A stretch of 64,000 bases of DNA from Macrostomum lignano (lineage: Eukaryota): contig NIVC01000150.1 of NCBI GenBank assembly GCA_002269645.1, positions 434,001 through 498,000 on the forward strand, in the 5' to 3' direction. Shown in pieces: positions 1-11,556 of this stretch (the first letter of the stretch is position 1; each line of letters starts with the position of its first letter). A program made the position numbers and the translations under genes. Below the pieces are notes generated by a model. It saw only the letters and a program-made list of their open reading frames with translations, made no database searches and was not told where the DNA came from.

Positions 1-802
1 GCGATTTAGCCGGTCGTGGATGCTTGGAATGGGGCAGACGGTGCAGAGGAGGCTGCACCTGAGCTTCAGGATACAGCAGCTGTTGCGCTTGCATTGCGTT
101 TGGAGGACCTGGCGGGGGGATTTTTTGCGGAATAAACTGCTGCTGCTGACCTGCAGCCTGGGGTTGGTAACCGGACTGCTGTTGCGACCGTTGGTTTGGC
201 CCCTGGTTCCGCAAAATCGTTGCACCTTGTTGCATCATCATCTGCGCCTGTTGAGTCAGAAGCGTCTCAGCCAGAGTTGCTGAGTTTGGTGACGAAGTCT
301 GCGAATAGGCCAGGACTGGGCTGCTGCACTGTTGGACTCCTTGGCTTTTGCGATTGCGCCATCTGGCGTTGCTGCCGCCTTTGCAAACTGCACCAGAGTT
401 CGATGCTGAAGTACCAAATCTTCTGCTTCTGGCGTTGCTCTGGTTTTCATCGTCGCCTTCCTCAGCTGGCTGCTCCTCGCCAATGCCACCGCCGCCGCCA
501 ATACCACCACCGCCGCTGCCGCCGCCGTTGCCACCGCCACTGCTGCCGCCACCGCCACGGACGCCGCCGCCGAGGCCACCGCCACTGCTGCCGCCGCCGC
601 CGCCATCGCCTCCACCACCGCCGCCACTATCGCTACCCTGAATACCCTGATCGCAGATGATGTTCCACAATTCCTTGTGGTAGCGCAGCTTGCAAGCTTG
701 AATCCGATCGCGAGCTGGGGCCAGGTCGACGCCAAGGTCGATTATGCTGCCGAACAAACCGAAGGCAGGGGTGCAGAAGACCGTGTACTTTTTACCGGAC
801 AT
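1..802 (-). CDS. Unidentified Gly/Gln-rich protein, 3' end truncated by the window edge
   Basis: ATG at 802 (aaaaaATGtcc) opens a frame I translated with no stop down to position 1 (267 codons): MSGKKYTVFCTPAFGLFGSIIDLGVDLAPARDRIQACKLRYHKELWNIICDQG, then a Gly-rich tract, EEQPAEEGDDEN, and a Gln/Pro-rich region. GC-rich like the true exons. It is absent from the ORF track, presumably because its stop lies outside the window. Confidence 0.6.
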   Translation of the reverse strand, partial: MSGKKYTVFCTPAFGLFGSIIDLGVDLAPARDRIQACKLRYHKELWNIICDQGIQGSDSGGGGGGDGGGGGSSGGGLGGGVRGGGGSSGGGNGGGSGGGGIGGGGGIGEEQPAEEGDDENQSNARSRRFGTSASNSGAVCKGGSNARWRNRKSQGVQQCSSPVLAYSQTSSPNSATLAETLLTQQAQMMMQQGATILRNQGPNQRSQQQSGYQPQAAGQQQQFIPQKIPPPGPPNAMQAQQLLYPEAQVQPPLHRLPHSKHPRPAKS

Positions 803-2540
803 TTTTTACTTATTAATTCCTCTTATGCATGCATGAGAGCTTAAGCCAAGTTATGGCTTTTTGCTTGGGCATGAAGAAATTGTTCATTTGCCAACGATAG
901 AGAGAATTCTAAAGCAACTGATCTCGTACCATAGAGATGAAAAGGACAAGGAGGTAAATGCTCATGTTTGCATAATAATTCTATATTGTATTGCATTCAT
1001 GTACAAGCGAGCCGGTTACGAAGCTTTGTATGTCTTTCCGGTTTATTGATTTATTTATCAATATCATAATGACATTTACTAGTAGGTAGCCAGCTTCACA
1101 AAAGTTTTGAGGCGAGAGGGCGAAAGCAATGGTGAGAAAAGCCTGGCAGAGCCAATCAGCTCCGAGCAAACAGGCTTGAGCCAGAGCTACTAGCAAGAAC
1201 AACACGTACAAATACAAGGCTAAGATATGAGACGCAGTATAAAGCACGAACAAGCATGTGGTAGAAATTGAAAAAGTGCAGAACACCGTCCGTTAGGCGC
1301 AGGACGCAAAGCTCTAGAGAACGCATAGCGCTGAATGGGGTTTTGCCATAGACAAATTCTGTCGAGAGAAAATCCGCGCTAGATAAATCCCATTTCTCGA
1401 AAGCATGCTCAATGGACCAGCGATATGATAAACATGTATATACATGTACATGTGTAACCGACCTTCCCAGCTCATTTCTAGAAAAATAAACTGCAAGTGT
1501 ATAGCGTTTTAATTCAAGGTGCCCATGGATTTTAGCTTCAGAAGTCCAGATTTGTACACCATACATTTGCATGTCTGTAGCTGTCCTAAATCTTCCCCAA
1601 GCACTCCAAACCGTTACGCCCCGATCGACCTCGCTCTACACTATAATTTAATCCCTTATGCTAAAAAAATGTGGACCACAAATGCCTGCAAGTAGTTTTT
1701 GACCTATTCAAAATCCGAGAAGAGACAGAAGCATAAGCGCATATATCCTGAAGTAGTTGCGGCCGGGCGACACGATCAAGGCTGACTTAAAGTGTCTTTA
1801 ATACATGTAAGTTGTAATGCTGGGCAGAGGATGTAAATGTAGTAAACACGAATTAAAATAATGGACTGACCTCCGGTTAGGCTACGTCAATCAGGCGCTC
1901 TAGGAGTGTCATCAATTGCAAATTGGAAAAGTGCATAAGAAACAAATATGCAGGATTAGCAACAGAATTAAAGTGCATGTTCATTAGTAGTGACTTGCAT
2001 GTTACAATTCTACACACTCGATACGAACGTGATCTTTTTCGGATACTCTGCAGTCAGTTTAAAACTGGACTATGAACACAAGCGTTAAAAACTTTGAGAC
2101 TTAATTTAAATCAAATGAATCAAATTACGCAATTGTGGTTAAAGGCTTGTTGTGGTTAAAGTGCAAGATACGTGTTTATTCCAAAAATTAAATTAACGGT
2201 TTTATGTAACATAAAAACAAAACTGATATTATTTGTGTAGTTTTTGAGGTAAAGCTTAAATTTGATTGAAACAAGAAGAAATTAAAAAATATTTATTTTT
2301 AGCCTTGGAATTAAAAATTAATATTAACTAGAGAATTGAACATTTTTGTTTGCTGACACATCACACGATTTTGCTTATGTTCTCTCCTCAGCATTTGTTT
2401 CTCTTGTATATTGACCTCATTACAAGTTGCCTTTCTGTGCATCTGGAGGTTTGATAAGAAGAGTAGTCAGATATCAGTTTCAGTATCAAATCTGTACGTT
2501 CTCTCTCTAATTATCCTAAATTCTGACCAAGAAGTCAGAA

Positions 2541-5500
2541 ATGCTATCCAAATTTGAGTCGAAATCTGCACGAGTGAAGGGTAAGTACAATTGCGGAATT
2601 TTAAACAATTTATTTTACAATGTATTTTTAATTAAAACTTTTGCATATTCAATAGATTTTTTTCTGATTGTGCCTATTAGTCAAATTTTTAGACAGAAGT
2701 GCTATAACCTAATATGTATCTTGTAGGCCTAATAATTTTGTTCCAGACAAAATGACTAACTTAGTGGAAAAATGGCTCTCTACAATTATTACTAGACAGA
2801 AAGGTGGCAAACAAAGCAATAGAAGAATCATTGTCAATTGCTAAGGTGGCCATGGCCTTCCTCTCAGCTATGACCTAGCTATGAAATATTTATAATTAAT
2901 TGGATTGTTGGATTGAATTGTATATAGCTTTTCTCAAAAACATTTAGTATCTAACCCTAAGTGTTTTTATCTATTGAAAATGACTAACATAATTGATTCT
3001 TTTGTTTATCTCTATATTGTAGCCAATGTTGATATAGATATACTTATGTTAGGTCATTAAAATTTAAAATTAATAAAAATGAATAGATTTAACCTTTGAA
3101 ATAAATAAAGAAACTAGACTTTTTTGCTATTTTCATGATATAGACCAATGTATAATAGCTTTATTCTTTCATATCCTAAATGTGCAATTTTGTTTTAATG
3201 TATATAATATTAAAAATATTGTAAATATTTTGAATATTATGATTGTGACAACTCTTTTGTTTTAAACAGCACCAAGAAAAACCTATAAATACAAGTATAT
3301 AAGTTGCCAACAGGGAAAACTAAACCTGTGTGCTTCTTTTTAGGCTTCTACAATGAAAATAAATTGAGCAATATTTCTGTCTTAGTCATTTAAGGATACC
3401 AAAGACCCTAAGCATTGAAAGAACTCATTCAATTCTTAGAACAAGATTAGAACTAGACTTCTAGATTTAGAATCTAAAAAATCACTTCAGGGTAGAACAT
3501 CTATTAAATGGTTAGGAATATTTAGATCTAGGATCTACCAAAGTGTAAATTGTGACCCTTGATCCCAGTAATGCCTGGACTGAGAAAAGCCCCTATAGGA
3601 GAGAATTAATACAGATAAAAGTTTAGTGTTATAGATTGCTTAGGCCAAGAGTACATATATATTACCTGGTTAAGATGATATATAAGCAGTACTACTAGCA
3701 CACAATACAATATTAAAAATACATCAAGATGTCACATTAGAAATTGAAACTTTCTACAACTTGGTTGTAGCAATAAGATTAGTTTCAAAAGATAGAACAA
3801 TACCCTTTCTACAAATATGTAATTTTTTTCTATTGTATCTAATATAATTTTTATAGCATATTTTGTTTTTAATTAAAAAAAGCAAATCTAAAAAACTAAA
3901 AATTTAAGGAAGTTTTTAATATTTGAAATTTAATATGCTAATTAAAAATTGAAATAGAAGTTTACTATAATAGCCCTGCATTTTTAATGACCTTTGTTCA
4001 AATTATGAACTTTCTTCAATTTCGAGTTATATTTATAACAAGTATTTTTCATTGTAAAAAAGTCTTTCTGTTTTGCATATTTGCTTTTTAGTCTATAGAA
4101 AAGTCATTTATTTGCAAAATTATACTAATTTTATATGTAAAAATGAAGGCAGTCTTTACTATTTTAACAAAAATGTAAGATAAGAATGCTTGCTTGAAGT
4201 AGTAAAAATATGCTCATAGAAATATTGAGATGGTTTAAAAAAACTTTAAGATATTATTTATAGCTACAGCTCTAATTTCAGCCAATAAAAAACTCTTTTT
4301 TCATACAGTAGGCTAAGCTTTTCATATTTATTGTATTACTACAGTGTTATTTTTCAATGTTAATTTGATAAATGTATCAAATTATAGGCTAGTATGTTTA
4401 ATAATTTAATTGCATTTTGTGTATTAAAAAGTGGTTAGACATATGTTTTTAATTAACTTTTGTCTTTTACCATATTTATGGTTTAAATACCATCTACCAC
4501 TATTTGGCGAGTGTTTATTAATATATTACACATAAATTTTGGCTAAAATTAGCCTGTCCAGAAAGCTTATAAAGCAAATTTTTCCTAAGCCCAAGCCACT
4601 CACATTAACTCACGGATGCAGGCCTCTCCTTCCATCCCAAGCGGCCATGGATCCTGTGCTCTCTGCACAATGGCGTCATCCAGCTCTGGGACTATCGAAT
4701 GCGCACTCTTATTGAGAAGTTCGATGAACACGAGGGCCCAGTTCGAGGCATCCATTTCCATGGCAACCAGCCATTGTTTGTGTCCGGCGGAGACGATTAC
4801 AAAATCAAGGTGTGGAATTACAAGCAGCGCAAGTGCCTGTTCACCCTGCTAGGCCATCTGGACTACATCCGAACTACATTCTTCCATCACGAGTATCCGT
4901 GGATTCTGTCCGCTAGCGATGACCAGACAATCAGAGTGTGGAATTGGCAGGCTCGCACTGCTATCTGCGTGCTAACTGGCCACAGTCACTACGTTATGTG
5001 CGCCCAGTTCCACCCGAGCGAAGATCTGGTTGTCAGCGCTAGCCTAGACCAGACCATTCGAGTCTGGGATATTAGCGGCCTGCGCAAGAAGAACGTGGCT
5101 CCGGGACTTGGCGGTCACGACGATATCGGAGGTTACAGAGGCGGCGGCGGCATGCAGGTTAGTTGAGCTTATAGTTGTTGAGGCCAATTTTGCCTGAAAA
5201 ATATGATTAAACAGCACTGTTTATTGTGAACCATTGGCCCAGGGTCCCGGTCATACCGACTTGTTCGGCACCACCGATGCCATTGTGAAGCACGTGCTAG
5301 AAGGCCACGATCGCGGCGTCAACTGGGTGATGTTCCACCCAACTATGCCCGTCATTGTTAGCGCCGCCGACGACCGTCAAGTGAAACTCTGGCGAATGAA
5401 TGACAGCAAAGCCTGGGAGTTGGACACCTGCCGAGGCCACTATAACAACGTGTCCTGCGCCATCTTCCATCCCCGTCAAGAGCTCATGCTCAGCAATAGC

Positions 5501-8500
5501 GAGGACAAGAGCATTCGAGTGTGGGACATGGCCAAGCGGACCTGCGTGCAAACGTTTCGTAGGGACAATGACCGATTCTGGATTCTAACAGCGCATCCGT
5601 CATTGAACCTGTTCGCTGCTGGGCACGACAATGGCATGGTCATCTTCAAGCTGGAGCGGGAGCGGCCCGCCTACACGGTTAGTGTGCTGCAGATCCTATT
5701 CTGGTAGCTGAGATCCCATTCCCGGTACTTAGGCTTAGATCCCATATCCCTCAGTCTCGATCCCATATCCCTCAGTCTCGATCCCATATCCCTCAGTCTC
5801 GATCCCATATCCCTCAGTCCTGATCCCATATTCCTCAGTCCTGATCCCATATCCCCCAGTCCCGATCCCATATTCCTCAGTCCTGATCCCATATCCCCCA
5901 GTCCCGATCCCATATCCCTCAGTCCTGATCTCATATCCCTCAGTCCCGATCCCATATCCCTCAGTTGTGATCCCATATCCCCCAGTCCCGATCCCATATC
6001 CCTCAGTTCCGATCCCATATCCCTCAGTCCCGATCCTTAGCAGGCAGCAAAAGCAGAAATCCCAAACACCGCCTCCTATTCAGATCCACGAGAACTGCCT
6101 GCTATACGTGAAGCAGAAGACGCTTCGCCGGCTAGACCTGAACACGAACAAAGACCAGCCGGTGCTGCAGCTGCCAAAGAAGGCCAACTACACCAGTCTG
6201 ACTTACAACCCAGCCGAGAACGCCGTACTGCTGGGCTGCCGCAGCGCTAATCCGGACAACTCCACCTACGAGCTGCACTGCTTGCCAAGAGACGCCACCG
6301 ATTCGGCTGTCGATGCCGCCGACTCGAAGCGATCTTCGGGCCTGACCGCAATCTGGGTGGCCCGCAACCGGTTCGCCGTGCTTGACAAAGGCCACACGCT
6401 GGCCGTTAAGAATATGCGCAACGAGGTGTCTAAGAAGTTTCAGCTGGCCAACGCTGAGGAGATTTTCTACGCCGGTACTGGCTGCCTGCTGGTGAAGGAG
6501 CCCGACACCGTGTCGCTGTACGATGTGCAGCAGAAACGAGCTCTGAGCTCTGTGAAGGCTGCTCAGGTAAGATTAAATATTTGTTGATTGTTTCCCGGAT
6601 TTCAACATTTCATTAATACTCATCTAGGTTTCGATTGGGTACAGTACGTATCCGAAAACAAATATCCCAATATCCTGAACAGCTCCTGATCCCTAACATC
6701 TTGAACAGTTCCTGATCCCTAATATCCTGAGCAGTTCCTGATCCCTAATATACTAAAATCCCAAATTCCTGATCCCTAATATACTAAAATCCCAAATTCC
6801 TGATCCCTAATATCCTGAGCAGTTCCTGATCACTAATATCCCTAATCCCTGATCCCTAATATCCTGAGCAGTTCCTGATCACTAATATCCCTAATCTTTG
6901 ATCACTAATATCCTGAGCAGTTCCTGATCCCTAATATCCCAAATCCCAAATTCCTGATCCCTAATATCCTGAGCAGTTCCTGATCACTAATATCCCTAAT
7001 ATCCTAAGCAGTTCCTGATCCCTAATATCCCTAATCCCTGATCCCTAATATCCTAAGCAGTTCCTGATCCCTAATATCCTAAGCAGTTCCTGATCCCTAA
7101 TATCCTAAGCAGTTCCTGATCCCTAATATCCTAAGCAGTTCCTGATCCCTAATATCCCTAATCCTTGATCCCTAATATCCTGAGCAGTTCCTGATCCCTA
7201 ACATCCTGAACAGTTCCTGGTCCCTAATAATTCAAAATTACCCCTCGTCCTCTCCGTCCGCAACAAAACAGGTGCGCCAGGCGATCTGGTCTGCCGACAT
7301 GTCCAACGTGGCCCTAATCTCAAAGCTGACCGTGACCCTGTGCGATAGGAAATTGGCCACTCTGTGCACAGTGCAGGAGAGCGTCCGGATTAAGAGCGCC
7401 GCCTGGGACGACTCCGGCGTGCTGCTGTACACCACAGCCAATCATATTAAGTACCTGCTGACCTCCGGCGATAATGGCATTATTAGAACCCTGGACGTGC
7501 CAATCTACCTTACTCGGGTTAAAGGTGAGCTTTTAAACTGGCAAAAGTGTTTCAATACATATCGGTGTCATCTTTACCATTTAGATTTTTTCAATACTAG
7601 TAAATGATAGTAAATGATAGTAAATGATAGTAAAAGATAGTAAATGATTGAATTATCATATTATCAATATATATCAGATTTATACTTATTATTTAGCGTT
7701 TTTCGATTCATATCGGTGTTATTTTTCGATACATATCGGTACACCCGAAGAGATAATTATATCGTGCTCCTCATACCCTCAAACTAGGCACCTCTGTCTA
7801 CTGTCTGGACCGCGAATGCGTGCCCCGCGTGCTGGGCATCGACCCCACCGAGTACCGATTCAAGATGGCCCTGGTGAATCGCAAATACGAAGAGGTGCTG
7901 CACATGGTGCGCCACGCTAAGCTGGTTGGTCAGGCTCTCATCGCCTACCTGCAGCGCAAAGGCTACCCGGAGGTGGCGCTGCACTTTGTCAAAGACGAGC
8001 GCACCAGATTCGGGCTGGCCGTCGAATGCGGCAACCTTGACGCCGCCCTGGAGAGCGCCCGGGCCCTTGACGACAAGCAGTGCTGGGAACGGCTGGGCGA
8101 GCTGGCCCTGGCCCATGGCAACCACCAGATGGTGGAGATGGCCTACCAGCGCACTAAGAATTTCGACAAGCTGGCCTTTCTATACCTGATCAGCGGCCAG
8201 TTGGACAAGCTGCGCAAGATGATGCGCATAGCTGAGATTCGCAAGGACACCAGCGGCCACTTCCAGATGGCTCTGCTGCTTGGCGACGTGTCCGAGCGTG
8301 TCCGAGTTCTGCGTGCCTGCGGCCAGACCGGTCTGGCTGGCCTCACCGCCGCCGCGCACGGCCTGCAGGAGGCCGAACCGGGCGCCGCAGACGATCCGGC
8401 GACTGGCCCGCCGACGGTGACGCCGCCGCCAAACGCTTCGCTGCTGCAGCCGCCCTGCCCGCTGCGCAGCCAGGACTCCAACTGGCCGTTGCTAACCGTT

Positions 8501-11500
8501 ACTAAGGACTTTTTCGAGGCCGCCATGCGAGCCAGGGGCGCTGGTGGAACTGCCGGAGCTGCCGCCGCCGCTGTCGCATCAGCCGGGCCGGCGTCCGCTG
8601 TGGCCGCCGTCGAAGTCGAAGAAGCCGAAGTCGGCAGCGGCTGGGGCGACGACGAAGACGACGAGAACGCATCCAAGGGCGGCGCCAAAGGCGAAGGCTC
8701 CGACGTCGAAGATGAGGAGGGCGACGGCTGGGAGGTCGACGACGATTTGGACTTGCCAGCCGACGCCGGCGGTCACGACTCTGCGGCTGGCGGTGGCGGC
8801 TACGTGCCGCCCGTGCGCGGCCCGCCTCCTAGGCAGGTCTGGACTGCCGGCTCCCAGCTGGCTGCCGATCACGCCGCTGCCGGCAGCTGGGAGTCCGCGA
8901 TGAGGCTGCTTGCGCAACAGGTTTGGCTTTGCAGACCTTAGGTGTCTTGCTTAGGGGTCACTGTTGATTGTCACTCCGCGTATTAGGTCACTCCAGATTG
9001 TGGTTTCGCGTATTAGGTCACTCTAATTGTCACTCCGTCTCCTACGTCACTAATTGTCACTCCGCATATTAGGTCACTCTAATTGTCACTCCGCATATTG
9101 TTTCACTCTAATTGTCACTCCGCATATTAGGTCACTCTAATTGTCACTCCGCATATTAGGTCACTCTAATTGTCACTCCGCGTATTGGGTCACTAATTGT
9201 CACTCCGCGTATTGTGTCACTCTAATTGTCACTCCACTGACACTTTCAAACCGCTTGCAATTCCTCAGGTCGGCGTGGCCCGCTTCGAGCCGCTCAAGCC
9301 GCTGTTCGTAGCCGCCTACGCCAGGTCCCGAGCCTGCCTGCCCACCCTGGCCGGCTCGCCGCCTCTCTTTGCCGCCCCCCTGCGCAACTGGAAGGAGGCC
9401 GGCAGCGGCGGCCAGCGCGGAGGCGGTGGCGGACTGCCAGCGGTGGGCATCCGGCTCCGTCAGCTGCTGGACCGGCTGCAGACTGCCTACGGTTTGACTA
9501 CTCGCGGCAACTTTGCTGATGCTGTTGATCGATTCCGTCAGTGCCTGCTGGGCGTGCTGATGCTGGTTGTCACTAGCAACCAGGTGAGTGTACGAAGGAG
9601 AAATAGATTTATCTATAGATATTGTAGATGTATCTATAGATATTTCAGATTCATCTATAGGTGTTGTAGATTCATCTATAAATACTGTAGATTCATCTAT
9701 AGATATTGTCGACTTATCTATAGATATTGTATATTCATCTATAGTCACTAAGCTTATCTATAGAGATTGTGTCAATTAATCTGTCGATAATGATAATTAT
9801 CTGGAGATTCACGTTTATATGGTCTAAAAGTCGACAATCTATAGACATTGTCTATTAATCTAGAGCACATCAGCTGAACTATTTCTCAATTTCCATTTGC
9901 AGGAGGTGGCGGAGGCCAAGCAGCTTATTGAGGTGTGCCGCAACTACATAGTAGGCCTGCAGATGGAGCTGGCCCGCAAGGCTCTGCCTCGGACTGAGGA
10001 GATTCGCTCAGCCGAAATGGCCTGCTATTTCACTCACTGCGATCTGCAGCCAACCCACACTATGCTGACTGTCCGTTCGGCTTTGAAGATTCTCTACAAG
10101 CTGCGCAACTTCGCCACCGCCGCCATGTTCGCCAGGCGCCTGCTTGAGCTCGGCCCCAAGCCCGAGGTGGCCAACGAGACTCGGAAAATCTTGCAGACCT
10201 GCGAGAAGAATCCAACCGACGCCAGACAGTTGAACTACGATCCGCACAATCCGTTCGACATCTGCGCCGCCTCCTACGTGCCTATTTATCGGGGCAGGCC
10301 ACTTGTGAAGGATCCGCTGTCTGGGGCCTGCTATGCTCCCGAGTTTGCCGGCCAGCTCTGCCGGGTCACTCAGGTATGTAATGTTGCTCTGACATATCAC
10401 TCCGTGTCTAGCGTCACTCTTACATGTCACTCCGTGTCTAGCGTCACTCTGACATGTCACTCCGTGTCTAGCGTCACTCTGACATGTCACTCCGTGTCTA
10501 GCGTCACTCTGACATGTCACTCCGTGTCTAGCGTCACTCTGACATGTCACTCCGTGTCTAGCGTCACTCTGACATGTCACTTTGTTTCTAGCGTCACTCT
10601 GGCATGTCACTCCGTGTCTAGCGTCACTCTGACATGTCACTCCGTGTCTAGTGTCACTCTGACATGTCACTTCATGTCTAGTGTCGCTCTAGCATGTCAC
10701 TCCGTGTCTAGCGTCACTCTGACATGTCACTCCGTGTCTAGCGTCACTCTGACATGTCACTCCGTGTCTAGCGTCACTCTGACATGTCACTTCATGTCTA
10801 GTGTCACTCTGACATGTCACTCCGTGTCTAGCGTCACTCTGACATGTCACTCCGTGTCTAGCGTCACTCTGAAATGTCACTTTGTTTCTAGCGTCACTCT
10901 GGCATGTCACTCCGTGTCTAGCGTCACTCTGAAATGTCACTTTGTTTCTAGCGTCACTCTGGCATGTCACTCCGTGTCTAGCGTCACTCTGACATGTCAC
11001 TCCGTGTCTAGCGTCACTCTGAAATGTCACTTTGTTTCTAGCGTCACTCTGGCATGTCACTCCGTGTCTAGCGTCACTCTGACATGTCACTCCGTGTCTA
11101 GCGTCACTCTGACATGTCACTCCGTGTCTAGCGTCACTCTGACATGTCACTCCGTGTCTAGTGTCACTCTGACATGTCTCTTCATGTCTAGTGTCGCTCT
11201 GACATGTCTCTCCGTGTCTAGTGTCACTCTGACATGTCACTTCATGTCTAGTGTCGCTCTGACATGTCTCTCCGTGTCTAGTGTCACCCTGACATGTCAC
11301 TCATAATCTAGTGTCAATCCGCCAACTCTTTCTGGATCCAATGTCACTGCCATGTCACTCCATGCTAAAATCACCCCACCATGTCACTTTACCTTGTCCC
11401 TCTGCATCTAATTTCACTCTGGCATGTTCCTACAATTTCTTGCGCTTTATTAAATGTCACCCTGTACTCTTGTGCCATTGCAGTGCACCGAGATCGGCAA

Positions 11501-11543
11501 GGATGTCACGGGCTTGAAAATCAGCGCTCATCAATCGCACTGA
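2541..11543 (+). CDS. COPA: Coatomer subunit alpha (COPI alpha-COP), 9 exons, 1241 aa
   Basis: join(2541-2580,4622-5157,5243-5677,6084-6566,7272-7524,7788-8920,9269-9583,9903-10373,11484-11543). All introns are GT-AG and in phase. Runs from [23 protein letters not shown] through WD40 repeats ([32 protein letters not shown]) and [13 protein letters not shown] to the C-terminal [10 protein letters not shown]...[13 protein letters not shown], colinear with metazoan COPA. Confidence 0.97.
5738..6036. repeat. 21-bp minisatellite, COPA intron 3
   Basis: About 14 copies of GATCCCATATCCCTCAGTCCC. Confidence 0.95.
6665..7225. repeat. ~26-bp minisatellite, COPA intron 4
   Basis: GATCCCTAATATCCTGAGCAGTTCCT with length variants. 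Confidence 0.92.
7598..7648. repeat. 10-bp tandem repeat, COPA intron 5
   Basis: About 5 copies of TAGTAAATGA. Confidence 0.85.
8960..9235. repeat. 29-bp minisatellite, COPA intron 6
   Basis: TCACTCCGCATATTAGGTCACTCTAATTG; period 29 measured at 9061/9090/9119. Confidence 0.92.
9605..9770. repeat. 21-bp minisatellite, COPA intron 7
   Basis: TAGATTCATCTATAGATATTG, containing the ATCTATAGAT palindrome. Confidence 0.88.
10388..11310. repeat. 30-bp minisatellite, COPA intron 8
   Basis: About 30 copies of CACTCCGTGTCTAGCGTCACTCTGACATGT. Confidence 0.97.
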
Positions 11544-11550
11544 GTGATGA

Positions 11551-11556
11551 AATAAA
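11551..11556 (+). terminator. Candidate polyadenylation signal of COPA
   Basis: AATAAA 7 nt after the TGA stop. Confidence 0.5.

Noticed and set aside
196-735. Pro-rich, Arg/His-rich and Ala-rich ORFs listed in the track
   Set aside because: Alternative-frame shadows of the Gly-rich minus frame starting at 802, which is longer and has a proper ATG.
3260-3850. Possible decayed coding frame in COPA intron 1
   Set aside because: It has many TAA/TAG stops and no recognisable motif, so it cannot be assigned without a search.
9897-11306. 469-aa ORF with a ([10 protein letters not shown])n tail
   Set aside because: Only 9903-10373 is a COPA exon; the tail is read-through into the 30-bp intronic array after the GTATGT donor.
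10388-11310. TGACATGTCA as a p53 or TALE-homeodomain site array
   Set aside because: Mismatches the RRRCWWGYYY consensus at both ends and lacks the spacer of the TGACAGCTGTCA dimer motif; no supporting evidence.
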